A stretch of DNA of 64,000 bases. Source: Escherichia virus TH35. The position numbers and the translations under genes are program-made. This document shows, in pieces, positions 8,934-19,372 of this stretch. Below the pieces are notes generated by a model. It did no database searches and was not told where the DNA came from. It was given only the letters and a program-made list of their open reading frames with translations. The DNA is taken from sequence record MT446408.1. One strand, written 5' to 3'. The first letter of the stretch is position 1; each line of letters starts with the position of its first letter.

Positions 8934-9794
8934 ATGTCTAAGAAAGAAACTACCGAAGTTGCAGTGAAAAACACCCAGATGTCCGCTATGGCTGATTTTG
9001 TCGACATGACCGATTTTGGCGCTGGTTTTGAAGGTGCCGATGCCGATGCGTATGCCATTCCTTTTATCGTCGTACTGCAGAAGATGTCTCCTATGGTCGA
9101 CGAAGATGATCCAAAACACGTTCCTGGCGCAAAAGCTGGCATGCTTTACAACACCGTTACTGGTGAGTTGTATGACGGCAAGAAAGGCGTGCAGATCATC
9201 CCTTGCGCATTCAAACGCACCTTCATCCTTTGGGGCGGTCGCGAGTCCGACGATAAAGGCTTTAAAGGTGAATTCACCAAAGAGCACGTTGATGCAGAAG
9301 TAGCGGCAGGCCGCGCTGTTGAGATCAACGGTAAAGTGTTTGTGCCGGACGAAAACGGCAAAGTGCACGAGAAGAAATCGCCTTACTACGCAGATACACG
9401 TAACCACTTCGTAATTCTGTTGAACGAAGAAACTGGTGAATTTGGTAGCGCAATGTTGTCTTTGACTTCTTCGATGATCAAGCCGTCTCGCATGCTGATG
9501 ACCGCGCTGCAGCAGAAGAAAGTTCAGACTCCGCAAGGTCTGAAAACGCCGCCGACCTTTATGAACATCGTTCGCATGGGTACTGCATCCCAGTCCAAAG
9601 ACGGGAACACCTGGTCTGTTCTGAAGTTTGAGTTGGAAGGTCTGGTGCAGGACAAAGGTCTGTATGAAGTCGCCAAAGCATTCCACAACGATGTAGTTGG
9701 CGGCAACGTTAACATTGACCGCAGCAAGCAGGAAGAAGCAAGCGGTGCCGCTGGCCCTGTTAATGAAACTCCGACCGACGCAGAAGAGTTTTAA
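8934..9794 (+). CDS. Hypothetical protein (286 aa)
   Basis: ORF track; position between helicase and lysis genes; no confident family. Confidence 0.65.
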   Translation: MSKKETTEVAVKNTQMSAMADFVDMTDFGAGFEGADADAYAIPFIVVLQKMSPMVDEDDPKHVPGAKAGMLYNTVTGELYDGKKGVQIIPCAFKRTFILWGGRESDDKGFKGEFTKEHVDAEVAAGRAVEINGKVFVPDENGKVHEKKSPYYADTRNHFVILLNEETGEFGSAMLSLTSSMIKPSRMLMTALQQKKVQTPQGLKTPPTFMNIVRMGTASQSKDGNTWSVLKFELEGLVQDKGLYEVAKAFHNDVVGGNVNIDRSKQEEASGAAGPVNETPTDAEEF

Positions 9795-9812
9795 TCGACA
9801 ATCAAATCAACA

Positions 9813-9838
9813 AGGCTGCCGATTGGCGGCCTTTTATT
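9813..9838 (+). terminator. Rho-independent terminator
   Basis: GGCTGCC-GATT-GGCGGCC hairpin followed by TTTTATTT. Confidence 0.55.
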
Positions 9839-9851
9839 TATCTGGTGCATC

Positions 9852-10370
9852 ATGATAGAAAGAATTGTACCACTCCTGAAGATTATGGCCCTTGTTGGCG
9901 CGTTTGCCGCTGGATCATACGTTGAAGACCTGCAGCAAACCAACGCATCACTGGCCAAGGATAACCAATATCTGACATCGCTTAATGAGCGTAAGGACAA
10001 GATAAATGCACTCGAAGAGCAAATTGCATCTTTACAGGTTGAATCGGCATCGGCATATGAGAAAGGTCGCCAGGAAGCGCAACTGGTTGCTGATGACACT
10101 ATTGCTCGTTACAAGTCTGGGAATATCAAGTTGCGCGAGCAACTCAGCTGCTCCCGTGAGTTACTCAGGAGTGTGCCCGACTCTGCGACCACTGGACGCC
10201 TCTCTATCCCAGAAGGAAACTGTGGACTATCAGAAGAAGATGTCAGATTTCTTGTTCAGTTCGCCGCAGAAACAAACCGATTAAAAGATAAAGTTAATAG
10301 CTTGATTGATACTTATAATCAGGCTAAAATAAAAATCGATCAATTCAATGCATCAAAGGAAAATAAATGA
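9852..10370 (+). CDS. Rz-like i-spanin (inner-membrane spanin subunit)
   Basis: ORF track 172 aa; N-terminal transmembrane segment then long coiled-coil; contains embedded lipoprotein ORF in +1 frame. Confidence 0.6.
   Translation: MIERIVPLLKIMALVGAFAAGSYVEDLQQTNASLAKDNQYLTSLNERKDKINALEEQIASLQVESASAYEKGRQEAQLVADDTIARYKSGNIKLREQLSCSRELLRSVPDSATTGRLSIPEGNCGLSEEDVRFLVQFAAETNRLKDKVNSLIDTYNQAKIKIDQFNASKENK
10057..10284 (+). CDS. Rz1-like o-spanin (outer-membrane lipoprotein), embedded in the i-spanin gene
   Basis: ORF track 10006-10284; start moved to internal ATG 10057 giving MRKVARKRNWLLMTLLLVTSLGISSC signal peptide with lipobox Cys. Confidence 0.5.
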   Translation: MRKVARKRNWLLMTLLLVTSLGISSCASNSAAPVSYSGVCPTLRPLDASLSQKETVDYQKKMSDFLFSSPQKQTD

Positions 10371-10960
10371 AACAGATTTATGCAAACATTCGCCAGTGGG
10401 CTTCTGACCGTAACATCATCCAAGGTTGCGACCTTAAGGACCAATACCCGAAGCTTATCAGCGAGTTTGGGGAGTTAACCGACCACGTTGATCAACTCCA
10501 TGACCTTGTGTTCTTTGACCATGAAATTGAATATACAGAGCAGGCCATCTGTGACCTGCAGGCCGCAATCAAGGACGACATTGGTGATTGTCTTGTTGTA
10601 TTGACTATCCTTGCCGCGCAAAATGGTGCAAAAATCGAAGACATCAACGGCGGCGGTTGCGCTGACAAAGGTGCCCACCCTCACTCGTTTATCCTTCGCT
10701 TGGCAAAGACTCTCGGACGGCTTGGTGACGCCATTGCTAAAAATCAGAGCATGGATATTGATGTCACCATCATGGTCGCAGTCGATTACCTTTCCGGCGT
10801 AGCTCATGATTATGGCCTTCGCTTATCCGACTGTGCGCAAGCGGCCTACGAAGACATCAAGGACCGCAAAGGTGTCATGTACAACGGCACGTTTATCAAA
10901 TCGACTGATCAGGCTTACGCCTATGCGCTGGAACAAGTAATGAATGAGGGGAAAGAGTGA
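10367..10960 (+). CDS. MazG-like nucleotide pyrophosphohydrolase
   Basis: ORF track 197 aa; EFGELTDH and IGDCLVVL motifs typical of all-alpha NTP pyrophosphatases. Confidence 0.6.
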   Translation: MKQIYANIRQWASDRNIIQGCDLKDQYPKLISEFGELTDHVDQLHDLVFFDHEIEYTEQAICDLQAAIKDDIGDCLVVLTILAAQNGAKIEDINGGGCADKGAHPHSFILRLAKTLGRLGDAIAKNQSMDIDVTIMVAVDYLSGVAHDYGLRLSDCAQAAYEDIKDRKGVMYNGTFIKSTDQAYAYALEQVMNEGKE

Positions 10961-11934
10961 TGGCAGGAGAGATCAAAGCGCTTAAGCCAATGAAAGGCTG
11001 TCAACGTAAGCAAATCATCGAACGCGGTGAAGACGTTCCGTTACCTTGCGGATTGTCATTTAAGGTTGATGGCATACGTGCTATGGCTTATGACAAGCTT
11101 CCTATGGGTACGTCTGGAATGCCGCTGCGAAACGTTCAAATCAAGAAAGAGTTCCTTTTCTTGGGCGATTTGATTTACGGCCTTGATGGTGAACTCATCG
11201 ACGGCAATCCTAATGACAAGAACGTCATGCAGCAGGCATATACTGCGTGCATGAATACTGATGCAATAACTAACTTTACATGGTGGGTGTTTGATGACTT
11301 CAGCGACCCCGATTTACCTTTTGAAAAGCGTTATGCGAACTATCGGGCTAGAGTTGCTGAGGTCAATCAGTATCTCTTGGACCATGGCCACAGACCATTC
11401 CTTCGCGCCCTTGAATACCGAAACATTGAGAATATGGATCAATACGCGGCAATGCAAGTCGAAGCGGACCAGCTTGGATATGAAGGCTTATACGGCAAAT
11501 CGTGGACGGGCAAATACAAGCATGGTCGCGCAACGCCGAAGTCGCGTGATGTATGGAAAGACAAGCCGTGGACCGACGAAGAAGGACAGATCATAGATTT
11601 CGTCGAGATGATGGAGAATAACAACGAAGCGTTCATTGATGAGCTTGGTCGCACAAAACGATCAAAGGAAGCTGAAGGACTCGTTGCCAAGGGTTATCTC
11701 GGATCATTTGTCGTAGTCAATCCAAAGTATGTAGATGAGAAGGGTGAGATGATTCCTTTCCGTGTGTCCGCAGGTTCAATGCCTATGGCAGAGCGGAAGA
11801 TGCTTTGGGATAATCGCGAAAATTATCGCCACAAATACTTGACGTATAAATTCTTTAACTTTGGCATCGTTGACGTGCCGCGCTCTGCGCTTTATAAATG
11901 CTTCCGTGATATTACCGATATGGAGTATTTTTAA
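10957..11934 (+). CDS. ATP-dependent DNA ligase
   Basis: ORF track 325 aa; nucleotidyltransferase motif I FKVDGIR (KxDG). Confidence 0.75.
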   Translation: MMAGEIKALKPMKGCQRKQIIERGEDVPLPCGLSFKVDGIRAMAYDKLPMGTSGMPLRNVQIKKEFLFLGDLIYGLDGELIDGNPNDKNVMQQAYTACMNTDAITNFTWWVFDDFSDPDLPFEKRYANYRARVAEVNQYLLDHGHRPFLRALEYRNIENMDQYAAMQVEADQLGYEGLYGKSWTGKYKHGRATPKSRDVWKDKPWTDEEGQIIDFVEMMENNNEAFIDELGRTKRSKEAEGLVAKGYLGSFVVVNPKYVDEKGEMIPFRVSAGSMPMAERKMLWDNRENYRHKYLTYKFFNFGIVDVPRSALYKCFRDITDMEYF

Positions 11935-12008
11935 CACACTGGATAAATAATTGTTGCGTATAATCTATCGCGCCGTTTTATAGAATTTAATATACAGTGT
12001 ATACATAA

Positions 12009-12035
12009 AGCCGGAAATTTCCGGCTTTTCTTTTA
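12009..12035 (+). terminator. Rho-independent terminator
   Basis: Perfect palindrome AGCCGGAAATTTCCGGCT followed by T-run. Confidence 0.6.
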
Positions 12036-12050
12036 TTTACTTTCGGCGTA

Positions 12051-12078
12051 TTTACTTTCAAAACCTTAAGCCTATACT
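12051..12078 (+). promoter_or_regulatory. Sigma70-like promoter (TTTACT-N16-TATACT)
   Basis: Read from sequence upstream of 12110 ATG. Confidence 0.45.
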
Positions 12079-12109
12079 ATTAATATTCATAATCAAAAGG
12101 TGAATTATA

Positions 12110-12652
12110 ATGAAAGCGAACAAATTAAAGATTGTTTTGATCATCATCATGGCTATGCTGACAGTTATATTCTTCACCAAGACTGCATCGGCTGAAAATA
12201 TGTTCACGCCGCCGAATGGAAGTGCAAAAGTTTTGACAAGATATTTCAACAATGGGCAGTCATTTGAGTTTTGCTGGAATAAATACGACGTAATAAAAGA
12301 AAGATTTGACAAAGAAAAGATGTGCGTAATGAATGATCGCGGTCGGCAGGTCGTGTCGTTTGTGTTCGGAATGTCGATGGCAAAAGTTGATGCCCCTGAA
12401 ATCGTTGTCAGGTATAATACATTGGACAGCGGCCTTGTCGACAAGACATACCCTGTTGCAGTAGACAGCAGGACAGGCGGCGCACTAATACTCACTCCAG
12501 AAGATAAATCAGATGTCGTTAACATGCTCATCAACAGCAAAGACGTAATCGTGTTTTATCACATTGAAGGCGTATCAGACTACCAAATGGCCTACTATCC
12601 ACTGCCCTTGAGAGATGCTTCAGGTAATGTTAAGACACAGGAAGTGCGTTGA
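12110..12652 (+). CDS. Secreted hypothetical protein with cleavable N-terminal signal peptide
   Basis: ORF track 180 aa; MKANKLKIVLIIIMAMLTVIFFTKTASA signal-peptide-like N-terminus. Confidence 0.6.
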   Translation: MKANKLKIVLIIIMAMLTVIFFTKTASAENMFTPPNGSAKVLTRYFNNGQSFEFCWNKYDVIKERFDKEKMCVMNDRGRQVVSFVFGMSMAKVDAPEIVVRYNTLDSGLVDKTYPVAVDSRTGGALILTPEDKSDVVNMLINSKDVIVFYHIEGVSDYQMAYYPLPLRDASGNVKTQEVR

Positions 12653-12879
12653 CATGGGTGGTAGTTATGCAGAAAGATTTGGAAGAAAACAAAAGGCTGA
12701 AAAAGGCTTTGACGTCTCAAATCTTGTCCCTGTTGGTAAAGCTTATTGGGGAGTCAATTAGCAACAAGGTGGCACGGGCCGCGATTGTAGGTGTGATTGG
12801 TATGGCGGGGTATTACTTCGACTTGCCAGACATTGATACAAGTTCCGCTCCGCCCGTCCAAGTTGAAGCCGTAAAATAA
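12649..12879 (+). CDS. Small membrane protein (76 aa), holin candidate
   Basis: ORF track; single hydrophobic segment AAIVGVIGMAGYYF; adjacent to convergent endolysin gene. Confidence 0.45.
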   Translation: MTWVVVMQKDLEENKRLKKALTSQILSLLVKLIGESISNKVARAAIVGVIGMAGYYFDLPDIDTSSAPPVQVEAVK

Positions 12880-12881
12880 AC

Positions 12882-12904
12882 AAAGGCCCATATGGGCCTT
12901 TTTC
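12882..12904. terminator. Bidirectional terminator between convergent + and - transcription units
   Basis: Perfect palindrome AAAGGCCCATATGGGCCTTT flanked by A/T runs on both strands. Confidence 0.65.
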
Positions 12905-13549
12905 TTACATGACTGCTAGTGCATCCTTGTAACGCTTTCTTCGCAACTCACCGTGGTTCGCTGCGTTCGGCGCGGCCCCATTAATCCGCTTAACGGTTGA
13001 ATCAAAATTCCCTGCATCCGCAAGAGGAATACAACCACTATTCTTAAAGAACCATGCCGCGCTGTCGGCAATGTATTTTGGTTCAGTCAGAATATCAGGA
13101 TTGTTCAATGCATCATAGCCTGATTGACGCGTATATTCAGCATAGTTCGCTTTGCCAGTCAGCTGAATGGCACCACGGCCACGGTACTTCCAACCGTCGC
13201 CAGATGCTACCGAACCGTTGCCCATGCGGTTTGCGTATGTATTATTGGCGATTTCCATAGGTTTACGTGCAATCGACAGGGCCAATGAGTTCGGGGCGCT
13301 TCCAGCACGACCGTTGACGCTGTAACGACTAGGCCATGTATTGGCAAGGCCCTGTGCAGAGTAGTTGAGATTTTCCACAAAGGTCTTCAAGCCGCCCGTC
13401 TCTACTCCTACGTTTGCAAGGAATGCTGCAATGGCATTCTTGCTTTTTATTCCGTAGTGCTCACAAGCCTGCTTGAAAGGATCCACCCAATTTTCTGCAA
13501 CATCCGTGCTGCATCCTGTCCCTTTAGATATTACGTTTGCATTAATCAT
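12905..13549 (-). CDS. Endolysin, glycoside hydrolase family 19 type
   Basis: ORF track 214 aa; AAFLANVGVETGGL and GDGWKYRGRGAIQLTGKANY motifs. Confidence 0.8.
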   Translation of the reverse strand: MINANVISKGTGCSTDVAENWVDPFKQACEHYGIKSKNAIAAFLANVGVETGGLKTFVENLNYSAQGLANTWPSRYSVNGRAGSAPNSLALSIARKPMEIANNTYANRMGNGSVASGDGWKYRGRGAIQLTGKANYAEYTRQSGYDALNNPDILTEPKYIADSAAWFFKNSGCIPLADAGNFDSTVKRINGAAPNAANHGELRRKRYKDALAVM

Positions 13550-13557
13550 AAATCACC

Positions 13558-15345
13558 TTATGCGCTTCTGTACCAGCCATTCAAAACAACGTATCGCGGC
13601 AAAGTCGCAACAGCCGTTGGCACCGACTGCCCTGCATTGCCAGTGTTACCGACCACATCGTGAGTGTGAGCGGGAAGGGTATAGCTGTGGCTGTGATTGC
13701 CAGCGTAATTTATATTCAACCCATGGGTGTGTGATCCAGAAGATTGAATATTATGAACGTGGTTGCCATTAGTTGACGTATTGTATTTGTAGTTATCCCA
13801 GTCGCCGCCTTTGCGACTTCCGAAGTTGTTGTGTGTCCCATCATAAACGCCGTACCGCGCATCGCTAGTATTGGCTTCACCCCAGCTACTGTCATGGTGG
13901 TGGTTGCCTGCCGTGTCCATTCCGTGCACGTGAGCGCCGTTTTGACTGGTATCGCCTGTGTGGTTGTGGTTGCCTGCGTCTCCAGTGGTATTGGACCATG
14001 GACCACTTTGTCGCGTGGTAATGTTCACGCTGTGATTGTGGAGAGGAAGCATGGCGGCGGTAAGGGTAACAGAGTCTGCTCCGCCTGTATCAAGACCGTT
14101 TCGTGCAGCGCCGGACGTGCGAATCACCATGTTATCAGGCAGTCGTGTCCATACCTGGCCGTAAGCGCCCAGTTTAGTATTCGGGTTGGTCCCGTTGGTG
14201 AGGAATCGAGTCTCACCGACTTCGAACACATCACCCATAGTGATCAACTTCGCAGCCAAAGCATCGAGTTGGCGCTTTGTAACAAACTGTTGCGGCTCAG
14301 TAGCATCAACGCCGATTTGCGCCGCGCCAAACGCCTGAAGGAGACGCCAAACAGTTCCGTCATAAATGATGGTGAATGGCAGCAATCCTACGATAGCGCC
14401 AGCTGGCAACTCGCCGCCGTCGAATCCAAGAACGGCAACTTTGTTTACACCAATGGTCACGGTGACAGGTCCGGTAGTCGTTACATCATTGACGATTGTC
14501 AGGCGACTACCTGCTGACGGAGGCCATGAATACCCTGCTGGAACGGTGAGAATTATATCTTGCGCGCCTTTACCTGATGCAAGATTCGGCGTTCCAATTT
14601 GCACATCTTGAACAGTGGCATTTTGAATCCAAGCACTCCAAGCACCAGAAGTATAAGAGCGAGTAAACAAATAGCCATTCATTGATGTATATTGCTGCAA
14701 GGCAAAGGTTTGCGCATCGACCTGCCAAGCGCAGACCTGCAGTCGACCTGCAACCTTCGTTGCGCCAACCGCATTCGGGATGTTAGAGCACAGAGCGGCG
14801 ACGGCATCGGATTGAATGACGATAGTTGTGGATGTCGTGATGTTATCGAAGTCCACAAAACTTGAAATCAATCCGCGAACAAAGTACGGGTTTTGCGCAT
14901 CGCCGCCAGCAGGCATCGGAATGTATTTTCGCGCTTCGCTGGGCAGTGTTAATTCCTGCCAAGATTCCGTTTCTCCGTTAGCTGGGACGGCGCTTGTGTT
15001 GCCGTCGACCACGCTCTGAAAGATGCGCCACTCAGGTGCTGAAGGCGTTCCAGAGTTGCTGACAACGATGGCATTTTTCGGGTATCCATCAGGCTTCAAG
15101 TCAGAAGAGAAATATTGTTGAGCGCCATGATCTTGAATAAACATAAGGTTGTCTGTGATCAAATTCAGCAACCAGTTCATCGATTCGCGCTCAACAGCTT
15201 TCGCGGCGACGTTTCCAGCCTCCAGAGCAAGCGCATAGTCAGGGGTGTAGCCGCGCTGGAAGTTTACATAACCGCTTGGGCTTGCATCCGGCACCACGGA
15301 TACATCACCGCTTTGCGCGAAAGGTCTGTTAATAAGTGTTGGCAT
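13558..15345 (-). CDS. Tail fiber protein with His-rich C-terminal repeats
   Basis: ORF track 13558-15402; start moved to ATG 15345 (RBS AGAGGAA); repeated HxH motifs near C-terminus. Confidence 0.7.
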   Translation of the reverse strand: MPTLINRPFAQSGDVSVVPDASPSGYVNFQRGYTPDYALALEAGNVAAKAVERESMNWLLNLITDNLMFIQDHGAQQYFSSDLKPDGYPKNAIVVSNSGTPSAPEWRIFQSVVDGNTSAVPANGETESWQELTLPSEARKYIPMPAGGDAQNPYFVRGLISSFVDFDNITTSTTIVIQSDAVAALCSNIPNAVGATKVAGRLQVCAWQVDAQTFALQQYTSMNGYLFTRSYTSGAWSAWIQNATVQDVQIGTPNLASGKGAQDIILTVPAGYSWPPSAGSRLTIVNDVTTTGPVTVTIGVNKVAVLGFDGGELPAGAIVGLLPFTIIYDGTVWRLLQAFGAAQIGVDATEPQQFVTKRQLDALAAKLITMGDVFEVGETRFLTNGTNPNTKLGAYGQVWTRLPDNMVIRTSGAARNGLDTGGADSVTLTAAMLPLHNHSVNITTRQSGPWSNTTGDAGNHNHTGDTSQNGAHVHGMDTAGNHHHDSSWGEANTSDARYGVYDGTHNNFGSRKGGDWDNYKYNTSTNGNHVHNIQSSGSHTHGLNINYAGNHSHSYTLPAHTHDVVGNTGNAGQSVPTAVATLPRYVVLNGWYRSA

Positions 15346-15355
15346 TGCCGTTCCT

Positions 15356-18094
15356 CTACACGATGTATTTAATTTTTGATAAAAGGGTCGATGCCCAATC
15401 ACCAGTCAAGTCAGTTATATTCATGCTTGAAACATAACCGCCAGCAGCACTTCTTGGAAAGTTTACTGTCGCTACAACATCACCATTCGAAGCTATCAAT
15501 TGAACTCCAGTCGCCAGTGACCCTGGGTTTTTGATGTATATAGAAGTTGCAGTTTTCTTTGCAAAATCTTCGCTTGTTGAAATCGCAAGCGCATTCATCG
15601 TATTACCAGAAACAAGCATCAAGCTTAAAATATCAAGTTCAAGAGTCGTACCAACTTCGGTCGGCAAGTCTTTCCCTGATATCAAACCAATGCTGATTCC
15701 ACCTGTCGAACCATCCCAAGTCGTTCCTGCAACAATCTCAGCGGCAAGGTCAATTTCGATACGTTGCAAATCACCTGCGCCTATGCTGTAGAATTTAGGG
15801 ATATAGCCGCCCATACCATCCGGTACGGTTACGAAAAGTTTTTGACCGTTTACCGTGTTGTTTTTAACTATTGCGATAAATGACAAAGGACCAGTCAGGT
15901 TGCCAGTGTATTTAGTAGCAAGTACAGCGCGTGCATAACCGGACGCTGGCACAGTCCCTATTGTAGCGGAAAGCTTGAATGATGGGAACTGGTTGGGCAC
16001 ACCGCTGATTGGCGTCGCCGTTACCGTGTTATCTCCGTCCTTGATGATATTGCCAAAAGATGTGCCGTCATTGGGCTGTGTGTATCGCCAGTAGTTTGTG
16101 ATCGCGGCACGTGGGATTTCACGACCAAAGTCATCTCTTGATGCTTTTGAGATTGAATAGTCGTTGACAAGCGCGCCATCGATAACTTGGTTAACACCTT
16201 TCAGAGACTCAAGCTGTCGTATTACGCCTTTAAAGTTGTTCAGCGGCCACTCGTTTATGCCGCCAACTCTGATGATCCCGTCAGTGTTAATCCATGCGAC
16301 ACCTTCCGTTTCGAATCCAACTCGCGTGTCTGTTATGTTGCTGACAGTCAAATCAATATCAGATAAGTCTGCGACTTCTTGGTAAAGTTGCCAACGTATT
16401 CCGGCATTTGCTGGCAAGAATCCTTCATTCCTGTCGCCAACTAGCGTCTTAAAGTTATCAGACAAGTTGTTGGCGAAATAAGGTCCGATAACATATTCCA
16501 TGTAATAGTCAGCGGTCGGCGGCGGCGGTACTCCGTCCAATCGGCTAACGTTCCATGAGCGTCTGATTCCGTCTGTTTCTGCGATTAGAGTGGCGTTTCC
16601 TGGGTACGGGTAGCCGCCGATTGAACCAGAGTACGCAAGTGATGACCCAGGCTGCATAAATGACTCGCCCACCACGCCATTTCTTGTCGTCAACGGACCG
16701 TTTGCGCAAGAAATGTTGTTGAGCGTTCCTGCCGTAACAGACAAAATTGCTGTGCCATCTGCAGGCGGATTTTGAGTCCCATAGAAATAAGGCTCAGGCC
16801 CATTAGGATTCTGAACAGGGTCGCAAACACAAATTGAGTATCCAAAAAGAAGCGCATCAGACCCTTCAGGCAATTCGCGAGTCTGAGTTGATCCAGCGGC
16901 AGTCGCTTTCAACTCAATTGAAAAGCTTGTGTTTACCCCAGCTGTCGCGTTCGCAGTTTGTTCTACAATCCAGATTCTGTACCAATCGCCGCCGATTGCC
17001 TTGATGCCACCACGGTTTGATTCCCTTCTCACACCGTCGAACTTGCCTGTGATGAAATAACTCAAAGAAGAGTCAAGGTTGAACTGCCCAGTCACTGGGT
17101 CGAAAAGTTTTCCATTACTCGATGCATCACTATTCTCTGTTACGGAAACAGAAGCCACGTTTTCAGAAAGCACTTTTATGTAGAAGCTATAGCAAACGTT
17201 GACACCAGCCTGAGAAGGAAGCGCAATAGATTGGGCGCTTGGATTGCTGGCCAAAGAATACACAGGCTCGCCGCTGGAAGCGGTTTTGATGACCCGTACT
17301 GCGTTGGCGAAATTCTCTATGGCTTCTCCTGGGTAATCACCACACAGCTGGCCGTAATAGTCAGGGCCGCCATATTGGCGTGTATCACCGCCGACAATAC
17401 CAGTGCCGGACCCGTTACCCCATGAATACCAGTCTGGGTGTGCCATTCGCGAAACGGTCCCTGCCACCCCACTTATGGTAAGTCCTGCGTTGTTGCCGTG
17501 ACTCAAAAGAACTTGTTTATAATCGTGCTGAATCTCAGTTGACCCCTGCCAGTCGTACAGAAGGAATGAACCGTTTGTTGATTCAGAAGAAGACACCGCG
17601 CCTTGAGTATTGTCTGTCACGTATGCATAGCGCGATGAAGAGTAATCCCAATCTTCTCCACGGTTAAAAATCCACTTAAGCATACGGTTGATGCTTTCGA
17701 TGCGGCCATCACTTGTAAGCGTCAGATAACGAAGCTTCAGAAGGATGCGCGCTTCTTCAATGTTTTTCACAACCTTTCCGCCAGCACCAAAGAAGTTGCC
17801 GCCGATATTGTCCGGCCCTTCAAAGTTGTCGCGTGTTGGCCCGAATGCCCAGTTGTGCTCATAGTTACTTAAGTCAACAAAGTCTCTTGGGATGCATAGG
17901 ATGTCGCACCAAATATAAATGCCCATTGCGTCACAAGTATCAATGTTGAATATGTTCTTGTACCAGTCAATCCAAAACTGATCTTGATATCGCTCATACC
18001 AGTCACTTTTCTTCTGAACCAAAGATGTGATGTTTGGCGCGTTGTTTTGCATCCACTTAAGGTTTTGCAACAGGTTTGTGTCAAACTTTTGCAT
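15356..18094 (-). CDS. Large tail fiber / baseplate-associated structural protein (912 aa)
   Basis: ORF track; size and position between baseplate genes and distal fiber. Confidence 0.6.
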   Translation of the reverse strand: MQKFDTNLLQNLKWMQNNAPNITSLVQKKSDWYERYQDQFWIDWYKNIFNIDTCDAMGIYIWCDILCIPRDFVDLSNYEHNWAFGPTRDNFEGPDNIGGNFFGAGGKVVKNIEEARILLKLRYLTLTSDGRIESINRMLKWIFNRGEDWDYSSSRYAYVTDNTQGAVSSSESTNGSFLLYDWQGSTEIQHDYKQVLLSHGNNAGLTISGVAGTVSRMAHPDWYSWGNGSGTGIVGGDTRQYGGPDYYGQLCGDYPGEAIENFANAVRVIKTASSGEPVYSLASNPSAQSIALPSQAGVNVCYSFYIKVLSENVASVSVTENSDASSNGKLFDPVTGQFNLDSSLSYFITGKFDGVRRESNRGGIKAIGGDWYRIWIVEQTANATAGVNTSFSIELKATAAGSTQTRELPEGSDALLFGYSICVCDPVQNPNGPEPYFYGTQNPPADGTAILSVTAGTLNNISCANGPLTTRNGVVGESFMQPGSSLAYSGSIGGYPYPGNATLIAETDGIRRSWNVSRLDGVPPPPTADYYMEYVIGPYFANNLSDNFKTLVGDRNEGFLPANAGIRWQLYQEVADLSDIDLTVSNITDTRVGFETEGVAWINTDGIIRVGGINEWPLNNFKGVIRQLESLKGVNQVIDGALVNDYSISKASRDDFGREIPRAAITNYWRYTQPNDGTSFGNIIKDGDNTVTATPISGVPNQFPSFKLSATIGTVPASGYARAVLATKYTGNLTGPLSFIAIVKNNTVNGQKLFVTVPDGMGGYIPKFYSIGAGDLQRIEIDLAAEIVAGTTWDGSTGGISIGLISGKDLPTEVGTTLELDILSLMLVSGNTMNALAISTSEDFAKKTATSIYIKNPGSLATGVQLIASNGDVVATVNFPRSAAGGYVSSMNITDLTGDWASTLLSKIKYIV

Positions 18095-18100
18095 AGTTCC

Positions 18101-19372
18101 TCACACAAATTTAACGTTGATGAAGCCGCGCATAGTATTGGCCTTATCCCAAGGATTGGCAATCCACTCGCTGCCATAATCGGAAGGGTAAGTTGGCGCT
18201 GCCTGTCCGCTTTTAACTGCTGCAATTTTGCAATCTTTGATATAAAGTCCTGGATATTCGCAGGATACTGCTGAAGCAATTTCAAAAGAAGATTGAGATT
18301 GACCTACTGTATATCCCTGCTCACCGTTAAAATTGCCATTGCCGTAATTCAGCACAGCGGCAATGATAGACTCAGCATCAGCGGTCGCCGTTCCTCTTGA
18401 AACGGTTATATCAACATACAAATCATATATCACTGCAGTGTTAAATTTGACGAAATAAGACAACTGTGATTCTGCATCGACCACTTCGATTCCATCAGGC
18501 GAGTTTACCGGATTGCCTTGATTAGTGGCACCAAAGTCCCAAGGTTGACCGCCCATCTTCGCCTTGAATATCGTCTCCGCAAACACTTGCTTGTCAAATG
18601 TTCCGCTTGCGCACACCCAAACACCGTTAGGCGTTGAGAAGGTAATGCCGCGCACCGTTCCAGGCACTCCTGTGTCATTCTCCACGACCATCACAGACTC
18701 TACACCGTCGACCGACATGGCGCGAGCGCGGATGGCACCAAGCGATGCAATGCCCTGCTGGTAAAGACGCTTAACGCGAGCGGCCTTTAATGCTCCGTCG
18801 CCCATGTATTGTGTTCCTGGCACGGTCGTCGTTTCCGACGTTGAATAAGTTCTTGACCATCCGATGACGTCATAACCTTGCACCACTGTGAACTCTTCAT
18901 CAGGTGCAACAGTGAATGATCCATAGTCTTTTGACGCAAGAGTCATATTGCTTGTCTTGCCAGTCGAAGCGATTTGAACGTCTTCCAGCACATACCAGTA
19001 TGTACCATTTGAATCAGTAAGAAGACTTCCAGCAGGAATTTCCAGCAGCGGCGTTCCCTCTGCAGTCACACCTTTCAGCATCGTGCTTACGTTTTTTGTG
19101 CGCTCGATACCAAGAAGCGCCGCGATTGCATCAAGATATACTCCATATGAGTAGTTAGGGTTGATGAGACTTCCCAATTCGGCATTGTTCTTCATCACTG
19201 AAGTTCTTGCCAACGTCTCTGTTGCGATTAGCGTGCCTTGCGGCGTCGAAGCATCAACATCAAGCCCGACCCCTAAAGACTCAATCCATTCACCTTGAAC
19301 ATCAGCCAATAAATCTGCCGTGTCAATGGTGATCACACCAGTGCTTACTATGTAAGAATATTGTGCACTCAT
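18101..19372 (-). CDS. Baseplate protein (J-like wedge protein candidate)
   Basis: ORF track 423 aa; position in baseplate cluster; family assignment by resemblance only. Confidence 0.5.
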   Translation of the reverse strand: MSAQYSYIVSTGVITIDTADLLADVQGEWIESLGVGLDVDASTPQGTLIATETLARTSVMKNNAELGSLINPNYSYGVYLDAIAALLGIERTKNVSTMLKGVTAEGTPLLEIPAGSLLTDSNGTYWYVLEDVQIASTGKTSNMTLASKDYGSFTVAPDEEFTVVQGYDVIGWSRTYSTSETTTVPGTQYMGDGALKAARVKRLYQQGIASLGAIRARAMSVDGVESVMVVENDTGVPGTVRGITFSTPNGVWVCASGTFDKQVFAETIFKAKMGGQPWDFGATNQGNPVNSPDGIEVVDAESQLSYFVKFNTAVIYDLYVDITVSRGTATADAESIIAAVLNYGNGNFNGEQGYTVGQSQSSFEIASAVSCEYPGLYIKDCKIAAVKSGQAAPTYPSDYGSEWIANPWDKANTMRGFINVKFV

